The position numbers were made by a program, and so were the translations under genes. From an uncultured Anaerolineae bacterium (GTDB taxonomy: Bacteria; Chloroflexota; Anaerolineae; J036; Brachytrichaceae), in the NCBI GenBank assembly GCA_937927775.1, contig CALBEF010000013.1, positions 52,079-116,078 on the forward strand: a DNA stretch of 64,000 bases, given 5' to 3'. This document shows positions 52,601-60,009 of this stretch, piece by piece. A model generated the notes under the pieces. It was given only the letters and a program-made list of their open reading frames with translations, was not told the DNA's origin and ran no database searches. Positions within the stretch are counted from its first letter, which is position 1, and each line of letters starts with the position of its first letter.

Positions 52601-52743
52601 AGCTATCACTGTTGCCGGCGGTGCGCAGCGCCCCCGCCGAGACGCTGATCGTCGCGCCCGGCACTTCCTGCCGCGAGCAAATCGAGCAACTGGGCGGGCG
52701 CACGCCGCTGCATCCCGTGGAAATTCTGGAAGTGGAACGATAA
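49657..52743 (+). CDS. YdiJ-like FAD-binding (GlcD-type) + 4Fe-4S + CCG-domain oxidoreductase
   Basis: VVLPRTADDVIAAVNLCAEHGAPIIPRGGGSGLCGQA (FAD PCMH), CNGNGICRK...CPS and CLSCKACHTECPS (Fe-S), C-terminal CCG motifs (CCGRT..., CCGMAG). 1028 aa, with two repeat-encoded insertions. Confidence 0.9.
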   Translation: MPTANSSLQQALARHVSGEVRFDDAMRVLYSTDASNYQVWPQGVVLPRTADDVIAAVNLCAEHGAPIIPRGGGSGLCGQAIGPGVILDLSKYMNQALEVDAAGRRAHVQPGMVLQQLNKQLAPMKLQFGPDPASGERAVIGGIIGTNATGAHSIRHGMTADHVIAMRCVLADGTLVEFGPRENGPQGKLEQAIADIVRRHEAVIRRDFPQVWRRASGYNVDFIAEMLAWDPTHPEAALLDASRNRQSLNYQSHLDMISRFNLSPLIVGSEGTLAVVLDATLKLMPKPARTGLVVCAFNSLSDAMDATPAMLTSDPSALELMDGLMARLARGLPEQARKMTWLSGEPDAVLIVEFDGETENEVKAGFERLKRVLAQERIPCSVAELIDPQAQADVWAVRKIGLGILLSIRSDHKPISVIEDVAVPVARLGEYVRRMREVFARHKTDGAFYAHASAGVLHVRPLVNLKTLEGLRAMEDIGLSALALCREMGGALSGEHGDGYERTRWNEALYGKAVYQAFCEIKDAFDPRGLLNPGKKVRGEAMEDFMRIGPWLKMKPYASVFTYQQDGSFAGLVEQCNGNGICRKLDGGVMCPSYRATLDETHSTRGRANLLRHFITDRATWKRNDRQPAEKAGAQSSIAQSSIAQSSIVNPSDVPVISMDDVKSALSLCLSCKACHTECPSSVDMSKLKSDFLEHYYAERGKPLRAWMFGHFANLSALAAPFAPLVNRLFALPPAKWAMRRIGITDQRPFPHFASQTFKAWWRRQETGDRSQESDESPIPNPQSKIKNPKSVVLFADTFANYNHPHVAQRAVALLEAAGYCVIVPDCKCCGRTLVSQGQPGEVVPLARHNIRTLAPLAKQGLPILGLEPSCIAMFKDDYLDMLPGDDTTAVADAFMGVEDFLAREAAGGERGFSLSRRFPNNTDVLVHGHCHQKAGWGTQGMKQAMTMAGYRVKEVDSTCCGMAGAFGYEAEHFEVSRKVGELSLLPAVRSAPAETLIVAPGTSCREQIEQLGGRTPLHPVEILEVER
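51556..51608. repeat. CGTCAAT/CGCTCAAT-family array inside the YdiJ-like gene
   Basis: GCTCAATCGTCAATCGCTCAATCGTCAATCGCTCAATCGTCAATCGTCAATCC, translated as AQSSIAQSSIAQSSIVNP. Confidence 0.9.
51947..52030. repeat. Two concatenated heptamer arrays inside the YdiJ-like gene
   Basis: GTCAGGA GACAGGA GACAGGA GTCAGGA GTCAGAC GAGTC, then GCCAATCCCCAATCCCCAATCCAAAATCAAAAATCCAAAATCGG. Translated as RQETGDRSQESDESPIPNPQSKIKNPKS. Confidence 0.9.
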
Positions 52744-52777
52744 AGCCGGCGCGCAACGAAATTCCGGACTTGCCGAA

Positions 52778-53014
52778 ATGCCTACCGTCCTCAGAACTGG
52801 TCCGTATCGATTCTTTTTCTACGCAGTGGATCGCGATGAGCCGCCACATGGGCATGTGGAACGCGAGGATAATAAGGCCAAGTTCTGGCTGAATCCTGTC
52901 CGACTTCAATCCAGCGGTGGATTTGGTCGCGCAGAGATCAATCGAATCCAGCAGCTTGTGGAAGAAAACCGGGATGCGCTGTTGCGAGGTTGGGATGAGT
53001 ATTTTGTTGACTGA
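52778..53014 (+). CDS. DUF4160 family small protein
   Basis: MPTVLRTGPYRFFFYAVDRDEPPHGHVEREDNKAKFWLNPV is the DUF4160 signature. Confidence 0.75.
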   Translation: MPTVLRTGPYRFFFYAVDRDEPPHGHVEREDNKAKFWLNPVRLQSSGGFGRAEINRIQQLVEENRDALLRGWDEYFVD

Positions 53015-53300
53015 GATTCCTGCGGTCAAGGCTCAGAATGTCAATGTCACGGATGATGCTCTGATTGTGGACCTGTCCGACGGACGCACCCTCTCAGTGC
53101 CGCTGGCATGGTATCCCCGATTGTGGCATGGCACGCCGGAGGAACGCAACAACTGGCGCCTGATCGGAAGCGGTGAGGGCATTCACTGGCCCGACTTGGA
53201 TGAAGATATCAGCGTCGAGGGTCTCATTCTTGGCAAGCCGTCTGGCGAAAGCCAGCGTTCGTTTAAGCGCTGGCTGAGCCAGAGGCGCGAATCGTTATAG
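52995..53300 (+). CDS. DUF2442 family small protein
   Basis: VTDDALIVDLSDGRTLSVPLAWYPRL...W.LIGSGEGIHWPDLDEDISVEGLI is the DUF2442 signature. Overlaps the DUF4160 gene by 20 nt. Confidence 0.75.
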   Translation: MSILLTEIPAVKAQNVNVTDDALIVDLSDGRTLSVPLAWYPRLWHGTPEERNNWRLIGSGEGIHWPDLDEDISVEGLILGKPSGESQRSFKRWLSQRRESL

Positions 53301-53311
53301 CGTGTTCGTCG

Positions 53312-54124
53312 GTGAATACGTCGCTCATCACCAGCCGAAGCAACGCGCGTGTCAAACAGATGCGCGCGCTGCGCCAGCGCAAGGAGCGCGACAGCAGCGG
53401 TCTGTGTCTGATCGAGGGCGTCCGGCACGTGAGCGAGGCTGCTGCAGCCGGTATCGCGCTCGACGCGATCGCCTATGCCCCTGACCAGCTCGCCAGCCCC
53501 TTTGCGCTGGCGTTCATCCGGGAACAAGCCGCGCGCGGCGTGCCCTGTCTGGCGCTGAGCGCCGATGTGTTCGAGTCCGTCGCCGACAAGGACAGCCCGC
53601 AGGGGATTGTGGCAATCGCCCGTCAGCGCAAGACTGAGCTGGCAGCGTTGCCGCCGGCCAGCGTCGATCTGGCCGTTGCGCTGGTCGCCCCGCAGGATCC
53701 CGGCAATGTCGGTTCGATTCTGCGCACGATGGACGCGGTCGGGGCCGGCGCGCTCATCCTCATCGACGCGGCAACCGATCCCTGGCACCCGACCTGCATC
53801 CGCGCCAGCATGGGCGCGTTGTTCTGGCATCCGGTGGCGACGGCGACGTTCGACGAGTTCGCAAGCTGGGCGCGCCGGCATGACTATCGCATCGTGGGCG
53901 CGTCGGCGCGCGGCGCAGTCGATTACCGCCAGGCCGACTACACGCGCCCGCTGATCTTGTTGATGGGCAGCGAACGCGAGGGACTATCCGACGCTCAGAA
54001 GGCCGTGTGTCATCAACTGGCGCGGCTGCCGATGCAGGGCCGGGTCAGCTCGCTCAATCTTTCTGTGGCAAGCGGCGTCCTGTTGTACGCGGCGCTGGCG
54101 CAATCTGACAGATCAGCACCTTGA
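53312..54124 (+). CDS. TrmH/SpoU family RNA 2'-O-methyltransferase
   Basis: SNARVKQMRALRQRKER (substrate-binding N-domain), LVAPQDPGNVGSILRTMDAVGA, LLMGSEREGLS, SLNLSVASGVLLY are SpoU motifs. GTG start. Confidence 0.85.
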   Translation: MNTSLITSRSNARVKQMRALRQRKERDSSGLCLIEGVRHVSEAAAAGIALDAIAYAPDQLASPFALAFIREQAARGVPCLALSADVFESVADKDSPQGIVAIARQRKTELAALPPASVDLAVALVAPQDPGNVGSILRTMDAVGAGALILIDAATDPWHPTCIRASMGALFWHPVATATFDEFASWARRHDYRIVGASARGAVDYRQADYTRPLILLMGSEREGLSDAQKAVCHQLARLPMQGRVSSLNLSVASGVLLYAALAQSDRSAP

Positions 54125-55070
54125 GGTAAGGCTGCGCGCCGGCGGCGACGGGAAAATCCGTCTCCGGTTCGTGGAGCGTCCGAACGATGCGCGCGCTGGT
54201 CTGTGCCAGGCCTTCATTGACCCGCGCGCGAAAAGCGCGTGGGCTGATCTGGTGGTGATTGGTGGCTGCCACGAGCCAGCCGCCCGGCTGGGTCGCTGCG
54301 GCCGCCAGCGCGACCAGGCCGGCCATATCACGCTCGACCGAAAAGCGCGACGCGCGCGTGGTGGAGAAGCTGGGCGGATCAAGAATGACGATGTCAAAGC
54401 GCTGCCCGCGCCGGGCGAAACGGCGCAGCCAGTCGAACACGTCGCCGGCCACAAAGTCGGTTTTCACCGCGTGCAGGCCGTTCAGCGTGTAGTTGCGCTC
54501 GCCCCAGTCGAGGATGCGCCGCGAGATATCGAGGTTGAGCGCGCGCGCCGCGCCTCCCACCAGCGCCGCGACGCCGAAGCCGCAGGTGTAGGCAAACGTG
54601 TTCAGCACGGTCTTGCCAGCCGACACCGATCGCACCCAGGCGCGCACCTCGCGCATGTCGGGGAACAGGCCGGGGTTCAACCCGTCGCCGGGGCGAATCT
54701 CGAAGCGCAGTCCGTTTTCAAGAGCCGTGATGCGCTCGACGGCCTGACCGAGAACCGGCGTCGCGGGAGCCAGATTGGCGCGCAGGTTTTCATCGAGCGC
54801 GTTGGCCTGCGCCGGCCGGTACTTCACGTAGACGCTTTGCGCGCCGGCGCGTTCGGCCAGCAGGCGCAAAACACGCATCGGCGGATCGACGACAGCGCCC
54901 GCGCTGTACACGTGCGCGACCAGCGCATCGCCGTAACGATCTACGGCCAGATCGGGGAAACCATCGGCGGCGCGGTTGATGAGCCGGTAGGCGGTGGTGT
55001 GGGGCGCGCTGTGCAAAGCAGCCCGGCGTTGCCAGGCCGCGTCGATCAGGCCGGCAAGGGGCGCTGGCAT
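54054..55070 (-). CDS. Class I SAM-dependent rRNA methyltransferase (RlmI/RlmK-like)
   Basis: DGFPDLAVDRYGDALVAHVYS, VLNTFAYTCGFGVAAL, FDIVILDPPSF. Start at MPAPLAGL (ATG 55070). The 3' end overlaps the convergent TrmH gene by 71 nt. Confidence 0.8.
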   Translation of the reverse strand: MPAPLAGLIDAAWQRRAALHSAPHTTAYRLINRAADGFPDLAVDRYGDALVAHVYSAGAVVDPPMRVLRLLAERAGAQSVYVKYRPAQANALDENLRANLAPATPVLGQAVERITALENGLRFEIRPGDGLNPGLFPDMREVRAWVRSVSAGKTVLNTFAYTCGFGVAALVGGAARALNLDISRRILDWGERNYTLNGLHAVKTDFVAGDVFDWLRRFARRGQRFDIVILDPPSFSTTRASRFSVERDMAGLVALAAAATQPGGWLVAATNHHQISPRAFRARVNEGLAQTSARIVRTLHEPETDFPVAAGAQPYLKVLICQIAPAPRTTGRRLPQKD

Positions 55071-55126
55071 GGCCGGAATTATAGCGATGGGACGAGTAGC
55101 GGACGCCTGGTTGGCAAAGGTGTTTG

Positions 55127-55135
55127 TGATAAAAT
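55127..55135 (+). promoter_or_regulatory. Candidate extended -10 promoter of the nuoA-G cluster
   Basis: TGaTAAAAT at 55127..55135, ~55 nt upstream of the GTG start of nuoA, which has GGAG 8 nt upstream. Confidence 0.4.
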
Positions 55136-55188
55136 GCGCAAACTTTTCAGGCCGGCAGGCCGGCCTGGCTCGATGATGGAGTAGCAAG

Positions 55189-55563
55189 GTGTCGGAGTAC
55201 TGGTCGATCCTGGTGCTGTTTGCGCTGTCCGTCGCGCTGGCGATCCTCATCGTGCTCATTTCCATCCTGTTCGGCCCCCGACGCCGCGCGAAGCTGGCTC
55301 GCAAGCAGGCGCCCTACGAAAGCGGCATGATGGCGATCGGCGCAGCGCAGCGCCGGCTGCCGGTGCGCTTTTATCTCATTGCCGTCTTGTTTATCCTGTT
55401 CGATGTCGAGGTGATCTTTCTGTTCTCGCTCGCCGCGGCATTGCGCGATCTGGGCTGGACAGGATTCTTTGCCCTGTTCGTATTTATAGTCGTGCTGCTC
55501 CTGGGCGACGTGTGGTTGTGGAAAAAGGGCGCCTTCGAGTGGGAGACGATGGACAAACAGTGA
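55189..55563 (+). CDS. nuoA: NADH-quinone oxidoreductase subunit A (copy 2)
   Basis: ...KQAPYESGMMAIGAAQRRLPVRFYLIAVLFILFDVEVIFLF... is the NuoA/ND3 motif. GTG start. Confidence 0.9.
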   Translation: MSEYWSILVLFALSVALAILIVLISILFGPRRRAKLARKQAPYESGMMAIGAAQRRLPVRFYLIAVLFILFDVEVIFLFSLAAALRDLGWTGFFALFVFIVVLLLGDVWLWKKGAFEWETMDKQ

Positions 55564-55571
55564 GTTCGCAG

Positions 55572-55717
55572 GGTTGGTAAGGTTCGTAAGGTTGGTAAGG
55601 TTCATAAGGTTCATCAGGTTGGCAAGGTTCATTCAAGACGGGACAAGAGCGCGACTTTGCGAACTCCGCAAACCTTACGAACCTTAAGAACTTTACAAAC
55701 CTTAAGAACCCTAAAGG
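55572..55717. repeat. Inverted pair of 9-mer arrays (GGTTSRTAA / TTASGAACC) in the nuoA-nuoB spacer
   Basis: Arm 1 at 55572..55634 is (GGTTGGTAA GGTTCGTAA GGTTGGTAA GGTTCATAA GGTTCATCA GGTTGGCAA GGTTCATTC). Arm 2 at 55668..55717 is (..AACCTTACG AACCTTAAG AACTTTACA AACCTTAAG AACCC..). The arms are reverse complements of the same unit. Confidence 0.85.
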
Positions 55718-55724
55718 CAAGAGC

Positions 55725-56207
55725 ATGGGTCTGGAACAGAAACTTGGCGATATGGGGGTGGTGACGACCTCGCTGGAAAAGGCAGTCGGCTGGGCGCGTT
55801 CAAACGCGATCTGGCCGATGTTGTTTGGCCTGGCGTGTTGCGCCATCGAGATGATGAGCACGCAGGCCAGCCGCTATGACCTGTCGCGCTTCGGCATGGA
55901 GTTGATGCGGGCCAGCCCGCGCCAGTCGGATTTGATGATTGTGGCCGGCCGCGTCAGCCGCAAGATGGCCCCGGTGCTGCGCACGCTGTACGACCAGATG
56001 CCGGATCCGAAATGGGTGATCGCCATGGGCGACTGCGCATCCTGCGGGGGCGTGTTCAATAACTACGCCATCGTGCAGGGCGTGGACGAGATCGTGCCCG
56101 TGGATGTGTACGTGGCCGGTTGCCCGCCCCGGCCCGAAACACTCATCGAAGGCATCCTCAAGCTCCAGGACAAGATCAAGCAGGAGCCGCTGAAGAAGTG
56201 GCAGTGA
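55725..56207 (+). CDS. nuoB: NADH-quinone oxidoreductase subunit B
   Basis: [15 protein letters not shown]...GDCASCGG...VAGCPPRPE are the N2 cluster ligands. Confidence 0.95.
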   Translation: MGLEQKLGDMGVVTTSLEKAVGWARSNAIWPMLFGLACCAIEMMSTQASRYDLSRFGMELMRASPRQSDLMIVAGRVSRKMAPVLRTLYDQMPDPKWVIAMGDCASCGGVFNNYAIVQGVDEIVPVDVYVAGCPPRPETLIEGILKLQDKIKQEPLKKWQ

Positions 56208-56208
56208 C

Positions 56209-56247
56209 GATTTTGGATTTTGGATTTTGGATTTGCGATTGCAGATT
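56209..56247. repeat. GGATTTT-family array (nuoB-nuoC spacer)
   Basis: GATTTTGGATTTTGGATTTTGGATTTGCGATTGCAGATT. This non-coding copy has GGATTTT on the transcribed sense strand, the opposite of all coding copies. Confidence 0.85.
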
Positions 56248-56260
56248 ACTGGTTGTCGAT

Positions 56261-56785
56261 ATGCCGGATACGCTGGTTTCACTTCCTGACTTTTCGGGCA
56301 TTGTGGCCGACCTGGGCGACGCAGTGATCGAAACTGTTGTGGCGCACGGCGAAGTGACGCTCGTCACCACGCGCGAGCGCCTGATCGAAGCGCTGACGTA
56401 TCTGCGCAATCAGGCGCGATTCGAGATGCTCGTTGACGAGACGTGCGTGGACTACTTCCCGCAGGAGCCGCGCTTCGCCATCGTCTACCAGCTCAACTCG
56501 CTCTCGCGGACGATGCGGCTGCGGGTCAAGGTCTTTTTGAGCGAGCACGACAAAACGATCCCCTCGGCGTGCGCCGTGTACCTCAGCGCCAACTGGCTGG
56601 AGCGCGAGATTTACGACCTGTTTGGCGTGACGTTCGAGGGGCATCCCGACCTGCGGCGCATTCTGATGCCGGCCGGCTACGAAGGACATCCCTTGCTGAA
56701 GGAAGTGCCGGTGACGGTCGAGGAAGTCGCGTTCTCGTTCAACCGCCGGCGCATTGACGCCGACAAACCCTATGCCCGCGAATAA
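56261..56785 (+). CDS. nuoC: NADH-quinone oxidoreductase subunit C
   Basis: ...DETCVDYFPQEPRFAIVYQLNSL...ANWLEREIYDLFGVTFEGHPDLRRIL. Start at MPDTLVSL (ATG 56261), downstream of the repeat array. Confidence 0.9.
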   Translation: MPDTLVSLPDFSGIVADLGDAVIETVVAHGEVTLVTTRERLIEALTYLRNQARFEMLVDETCVDYFPQEPRFAIVYQLNSLSRTMRLRVKVFLSEHDKTIPSACAVYLSANWLEREIYDLFGVTFEGHPDLRRILMPAGYEGHPLLKEVPVTVEEVAFSFNRRRIDADKPYARE

Positions 56786-58055
56786 CCCCACCCTTCACGA
56801 AGCGCCGGAGAGCGTGCTGACCGAATCCAACGCGCAGTTGGACATCACGCTCGAGCAACTGAAGAAGCTGGTCACCCCGCGCGCCTTCACCGGCGAGACA
56901 ATGCTGCTGAACATGGGGCCGCAGCACCCCTCCACGCACGGTGTGCTGCGCCTGCTGCTGGAGCTGGACGGCGAAACCATTGTCAGTTGCATCCCGGATA
57001 TCGGCTTTCTGCACACCGGCATCGAAAAGACGCACGAAGGCAAGACCTACAGCAAAGGCATTCCGCTCACCGACCGCATCGACTATCTCGCCCCGCTGTC
57101 GAACAACCTGGCCTACGTCGGCTGTGTTGAGAAGCTTCTCGATCTGGAAGTGCCGTTGCGCGCGCAGTACATTCGCGTCATTCTGCTCGAATTGACGCGC
57201 ATGAACAGCCATCTGGTGTGGCTGGGCACCCACGCGCTGGACATCGGCGCGATGAGCGTGTTCCTGTACTGCATGCGCGAGCGCGAGATGATCCTGGACG
57301 TGTACGAGCTGGTGGCCGGCGCGCGCATGATGACCAGCTATTTCCGCGTGGGCGGCCTGTGGCGCGACATTCCTCCGGGCTTCACCGATCTTGTCCAGAA
57401 AATCCTGGACGTTTTCCCGGAGCGCCTGCTGGAGTACGAGAAACTGCTGAAAGACAACCCGATGTGGAAAGAGCGCACCGTGGGCATCGGCGTCATCGGC
57501 AAAGAGGACGCCATCGCCTATGGCATGACCGGCCCTTCACTGCGCGGCAGCGGCGTCAACTACGACGTGCGCAAGGCGTATCCCTACAGCAGCTACGACC
57601 AGTTCGAGTTCAGCGTGCCGGTCGGCTCGAATGGCGACGTGTACGACCGCTATCGCTGCCGGATGGAAGAGTTCCATCAGAGCCTGAAGATCATTGAGCA
57701 GGCGATGAAGCGTCTGCCGGCCGGCCCGGTGATGGTGGACAACCGCAAGATCGCGCCGCCGCCCAAGCACGAGATCGCCTATTCGATGGAGTCGCTCATC
57801 CATCACTTCAAGCTGTGGACGGAAGGATTCTCCGTGCCCGAAGGCGAAGCCTACTTCGCCGTGGAGAGCGGCAAGGGCGAGTTTGGCTGTTACATTTCCG
57901 CGAACGGCGGGCCGAAGCCGCGCCGGGTGCATTTCCGCGCGCCGTCGCTGTGCAACCTGCAGGCGCTGCCCAGGATGAGCCGGGGCTGCCTGATCGCAGA
58001 CATGGTAGCCATCGTCGGCTCAATCGACATTGTGCTGGGCGAAGTGGATCGCTGA
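56754..58055 (+). CDS. nuoD: NADH-quinone oxidoreductase subunit D
   Basis: LNMGPQHPSTHGVLRLLLELDGE...HTGIEK...RLDYL-type motifs and C-terminal DIVLGEVDR. The start could be 56754 or 56772. Confidence 0.95.
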   Translation: MTPTNPMPANNPTLHEAPESVLTESNAQLDITLEQLKKLVTPRAFTGETMLLNMGPQHPSTHGVLRLLLELDGETIVSCIPDIGFLHTGIEKTHEGKTYSKGIPLTDRIDYLAPLSNNLAYVGCVEKLLDLEVPLRAQYIRVILLELTRMNSHLVWLGTHALDIGAMSVFLYCMREREMILDVYELVAGARMMTSYFRVGGLWRDIPPGFTDLVQKILDVFPERLLEYEKLLKDNPMWKERTVGIGVIGKEDAIAYGMTGPSLRGSGVNYDVRKAYPYSSYDQFEFSVPVGSNGDVYDRYRCRMEEFHQSLKIIEQAMKRLPAGPVMVDNRKIAPPPKHEIAYSMESLIHHFKLWTEGFSVPEGEAYFAVESGKGEFGCYISANGGPKPRRVHFRAPSLCNLQALPRMSRGCLIADMVAIVGSIDIVLGEVDR

Positions 58056-58101
58056 TATCCAGTGCGGGCTACTGGGCCGGGAGCGCGCCGTTTTGATTTC
58101 A

Positions 58102-59499
58102 ATGGACACTCAGCTACACGCCAAGGATGAACTGATTGATATTCCTTCGACTCCCTATTGCTACGCAATTGGCCTCGCTGATAGCATCGCAGAGATCGCG
58201 GCGCGGGTCCAAAGTCTACGCAGCACTGGCAGGCTCACGCCCGAAGTATTAGGCAACCTGAGACGGTATTTTAAGATCAAGAATATCTACAATTCGAATG
58301 CAATTGAGGGAAACACTCTCAATGTAGGAGAGACAGAACTTGTTGTGCAACAAGGATTGACCCTCACCGGCAAACCATTGCGCGACCAGGCAGAAGCAAG
58401 AAATCTCTCAGAAGCTTTGGACTTTTTGGAGGATATGGCAAGTTGCGCGGATAAGCCGATTACAGAAACAGATATAAGGCAGATGCACGCATTTGTGCTC
58501 AAAGGCATCAATGATGAAGAAGCTGGCCGCTACCGCCGCGTGACAGTGGTCATCTCCGGATCAAAATATGCGCCACCGCCTGCTGAGGATGTCGGTCCAC
58601 AAATGCTGCAATTCTGCAACTGGTTGGCTGCCGTAACCACGTCTCCAGCATTGGGGACGCAAGAGGGTCTGCTTTATGCGGCTGTTGCGCACACCTGGTT
58701 CGTAACGATCCATCCATTTATTGACGGGAATGGCCGTGTAGCCAGGCTGCTCATGAATCTTGTGCTGATGCGTTATGGGTATCCAATTGCCATCATCACT
58801 CGTGAAGATCGGCAGCGATATTACGATGCCCTTGAGGAATCACAGAGCAGCAATCTTTCTCTCTTTCTTGCTCTCGTCATCGATTGCCTCACTGAAAGTC
58901 TGGAGGAATATGAGTCTGCTGCTCAGGAGCAGAGAGAGAGACTGGAGTGGGCTCAGTCGCTTGCTGCAAGACTAGGGGCGAATGAACTCGCGACTTCAAA
59001 AAACAAATACGAGGTTTGGAGACGCGCGATGGAGTTGTTCGAGGCTCAGGTTGCGCAGTTGGCAGACATGGTGAATCAAAGTTTGCCACTCGTGCGAATT
59101 CAGGTGAGAGAGTTTGGGGAACTTGAGTTTGAAAAGTACTTGAGCCTAAGCAAGGGCCACTCAGCAAAAAAGACCTGGTTCTTTCGCATAGATTTTCGCG
59201 CGGCGCACAAAGTCGTGCGTTACTTGTTCTTCTTTGGCTCTGCTTCCCCGCTAATGAGCAAAGAGGGAGTGGATGTTACGGTCCTGGTGGCGCGAGAAGA
59301 ACCGCCAGGATCTTTCTACTATGAGCGGCTTGAGAACATCGATGCGCCCAACGTGCCTGACATCGTCGAAATTGGATACAAGATGCGAGATGAGACTTTT
59401 GTGGCTCGCAATCGCAATGGAAAGGTGGTTGCTCACAAAGTTGAGAGAATTGTCCAGACCTTCTTCGAGCAGGTTACAGCGAAGCACTTTGCAAGTTAG
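58102..59499 (+). CDS. Fic-family protein (class II-like, with N-terminal inhibitory S-x-x-x-E-G motif) and ~200-aa C-terminal extension
   Basis: Fic active site HPFIDGNGRVARLLMNL. Upstream NSNAIEGN matches the (S/T)xxxE(G/N) auto-inhibition motif. Clearly AT-richer than its neighbours. Sits between nuoD and nuoE on the same strand. Confidence 0.85.
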   Translation: MDTQLHAKDELIDIPSTPYCYAIGLADSIAEIAARVQSLRSTGRLTPEVLGNLRRYFKIKNIYNSNAIEGNTLNVGETELVVQQGLTLTGKPLRDQAEARNLSEALDFLEDMASCADKPITETDIRQMHAFVLKGINDEEAGRYRRVTVVISGSKYAPPPAEDVGPQMLQFCNWLAAVTTSPALGTQEGLLYAAVAHTWFVTIHPFIDGNGRVARLLMNLVLMRYGYPIAIITREDRQRYYDALEESQSSNLSLFLALVIDCLTESLEEYESAAQEQRERLEWAQSLAARLGANELATSKNKYEVWRRAMELFEAQVAQLADMVNQSLPLVRIQVREFGELEFEKYLSLSKGHSAKKTWFFRIDFRAAHKVVRYLFFFGSASPLMSKEGVDVTVLVAREEPPGSFYYERLENIDAPNVPDIVEIGYKMRDETFVARNRNGKVVAHKVERIVQTFFEQVTAKHFAS

Positions 59500-59529
59500 T
59501 GTGTGAACTGTGCGGAATTTGAGATCACT

Positions 59530-60009
59530 ATGCTCAAGGAAAAACGCGCACCCGACATCGAGAAGACGCTGGCGAAATATCCCAGCAGGCGCAGCGCCGT
59601 CATGCCGCTGCTGTATATCGCGCAGGAGGAATACGGCTACTGCGACGACAGCGCCATCCGCGAGGTGGCGGAGATTCTGGGGCTGGACCCGACCGAGGTC
59701 AAGTCCATCGTCGGCTTCTACACCATGTTCTACGAAGAGCCGACCGGCCAGTATGTGATCGACGTGTGCGATGACCTGCCCTGCGCGCTGCGCGGCGCGG
59801 ACGAATTTGTGAGCCACTGCGAGCGCAAACTGGGCGTCAAGGCCGGCCAGACCACCCCGGACGGCAAGTTCACCCTGCGCACCGTCATGTGCATCGCCGC
59901 CTGCGACCGCGCGCCGGTGGCCCAGGTGAACACCGAATATCGCTATGCGCTGACGCCGGAAAGTTTTGACCAGATGATCGACGAGTTAAGAGAACGAGAC
60001 GGCAAGTGA
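59530..60009 (+). CDS. nuoE: NADH-quinone oxidoreductase subunit E
   Basis: ...SAVMPLLYIAQEEYGY...DVCDDLPCALRGA...CIAACDRAP are the 2Fe-2S ligands. Start at MLKEKR (59530). Confidence 0.9.
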   Translation: MLKEKRAPDIEKTLAKYPSRRSAVMPLLYIAQEEYGYCDDSAIREVAEILGLDPTEVKSIVGFYTMFYEEPTGQYVIDVCDDLPCALRGADEFVSHCERKLGVKAGQTTPDGKFTLRTVMCIAACDRAPVAQVNTEYRYALTPESFDQMIDELRERDGK

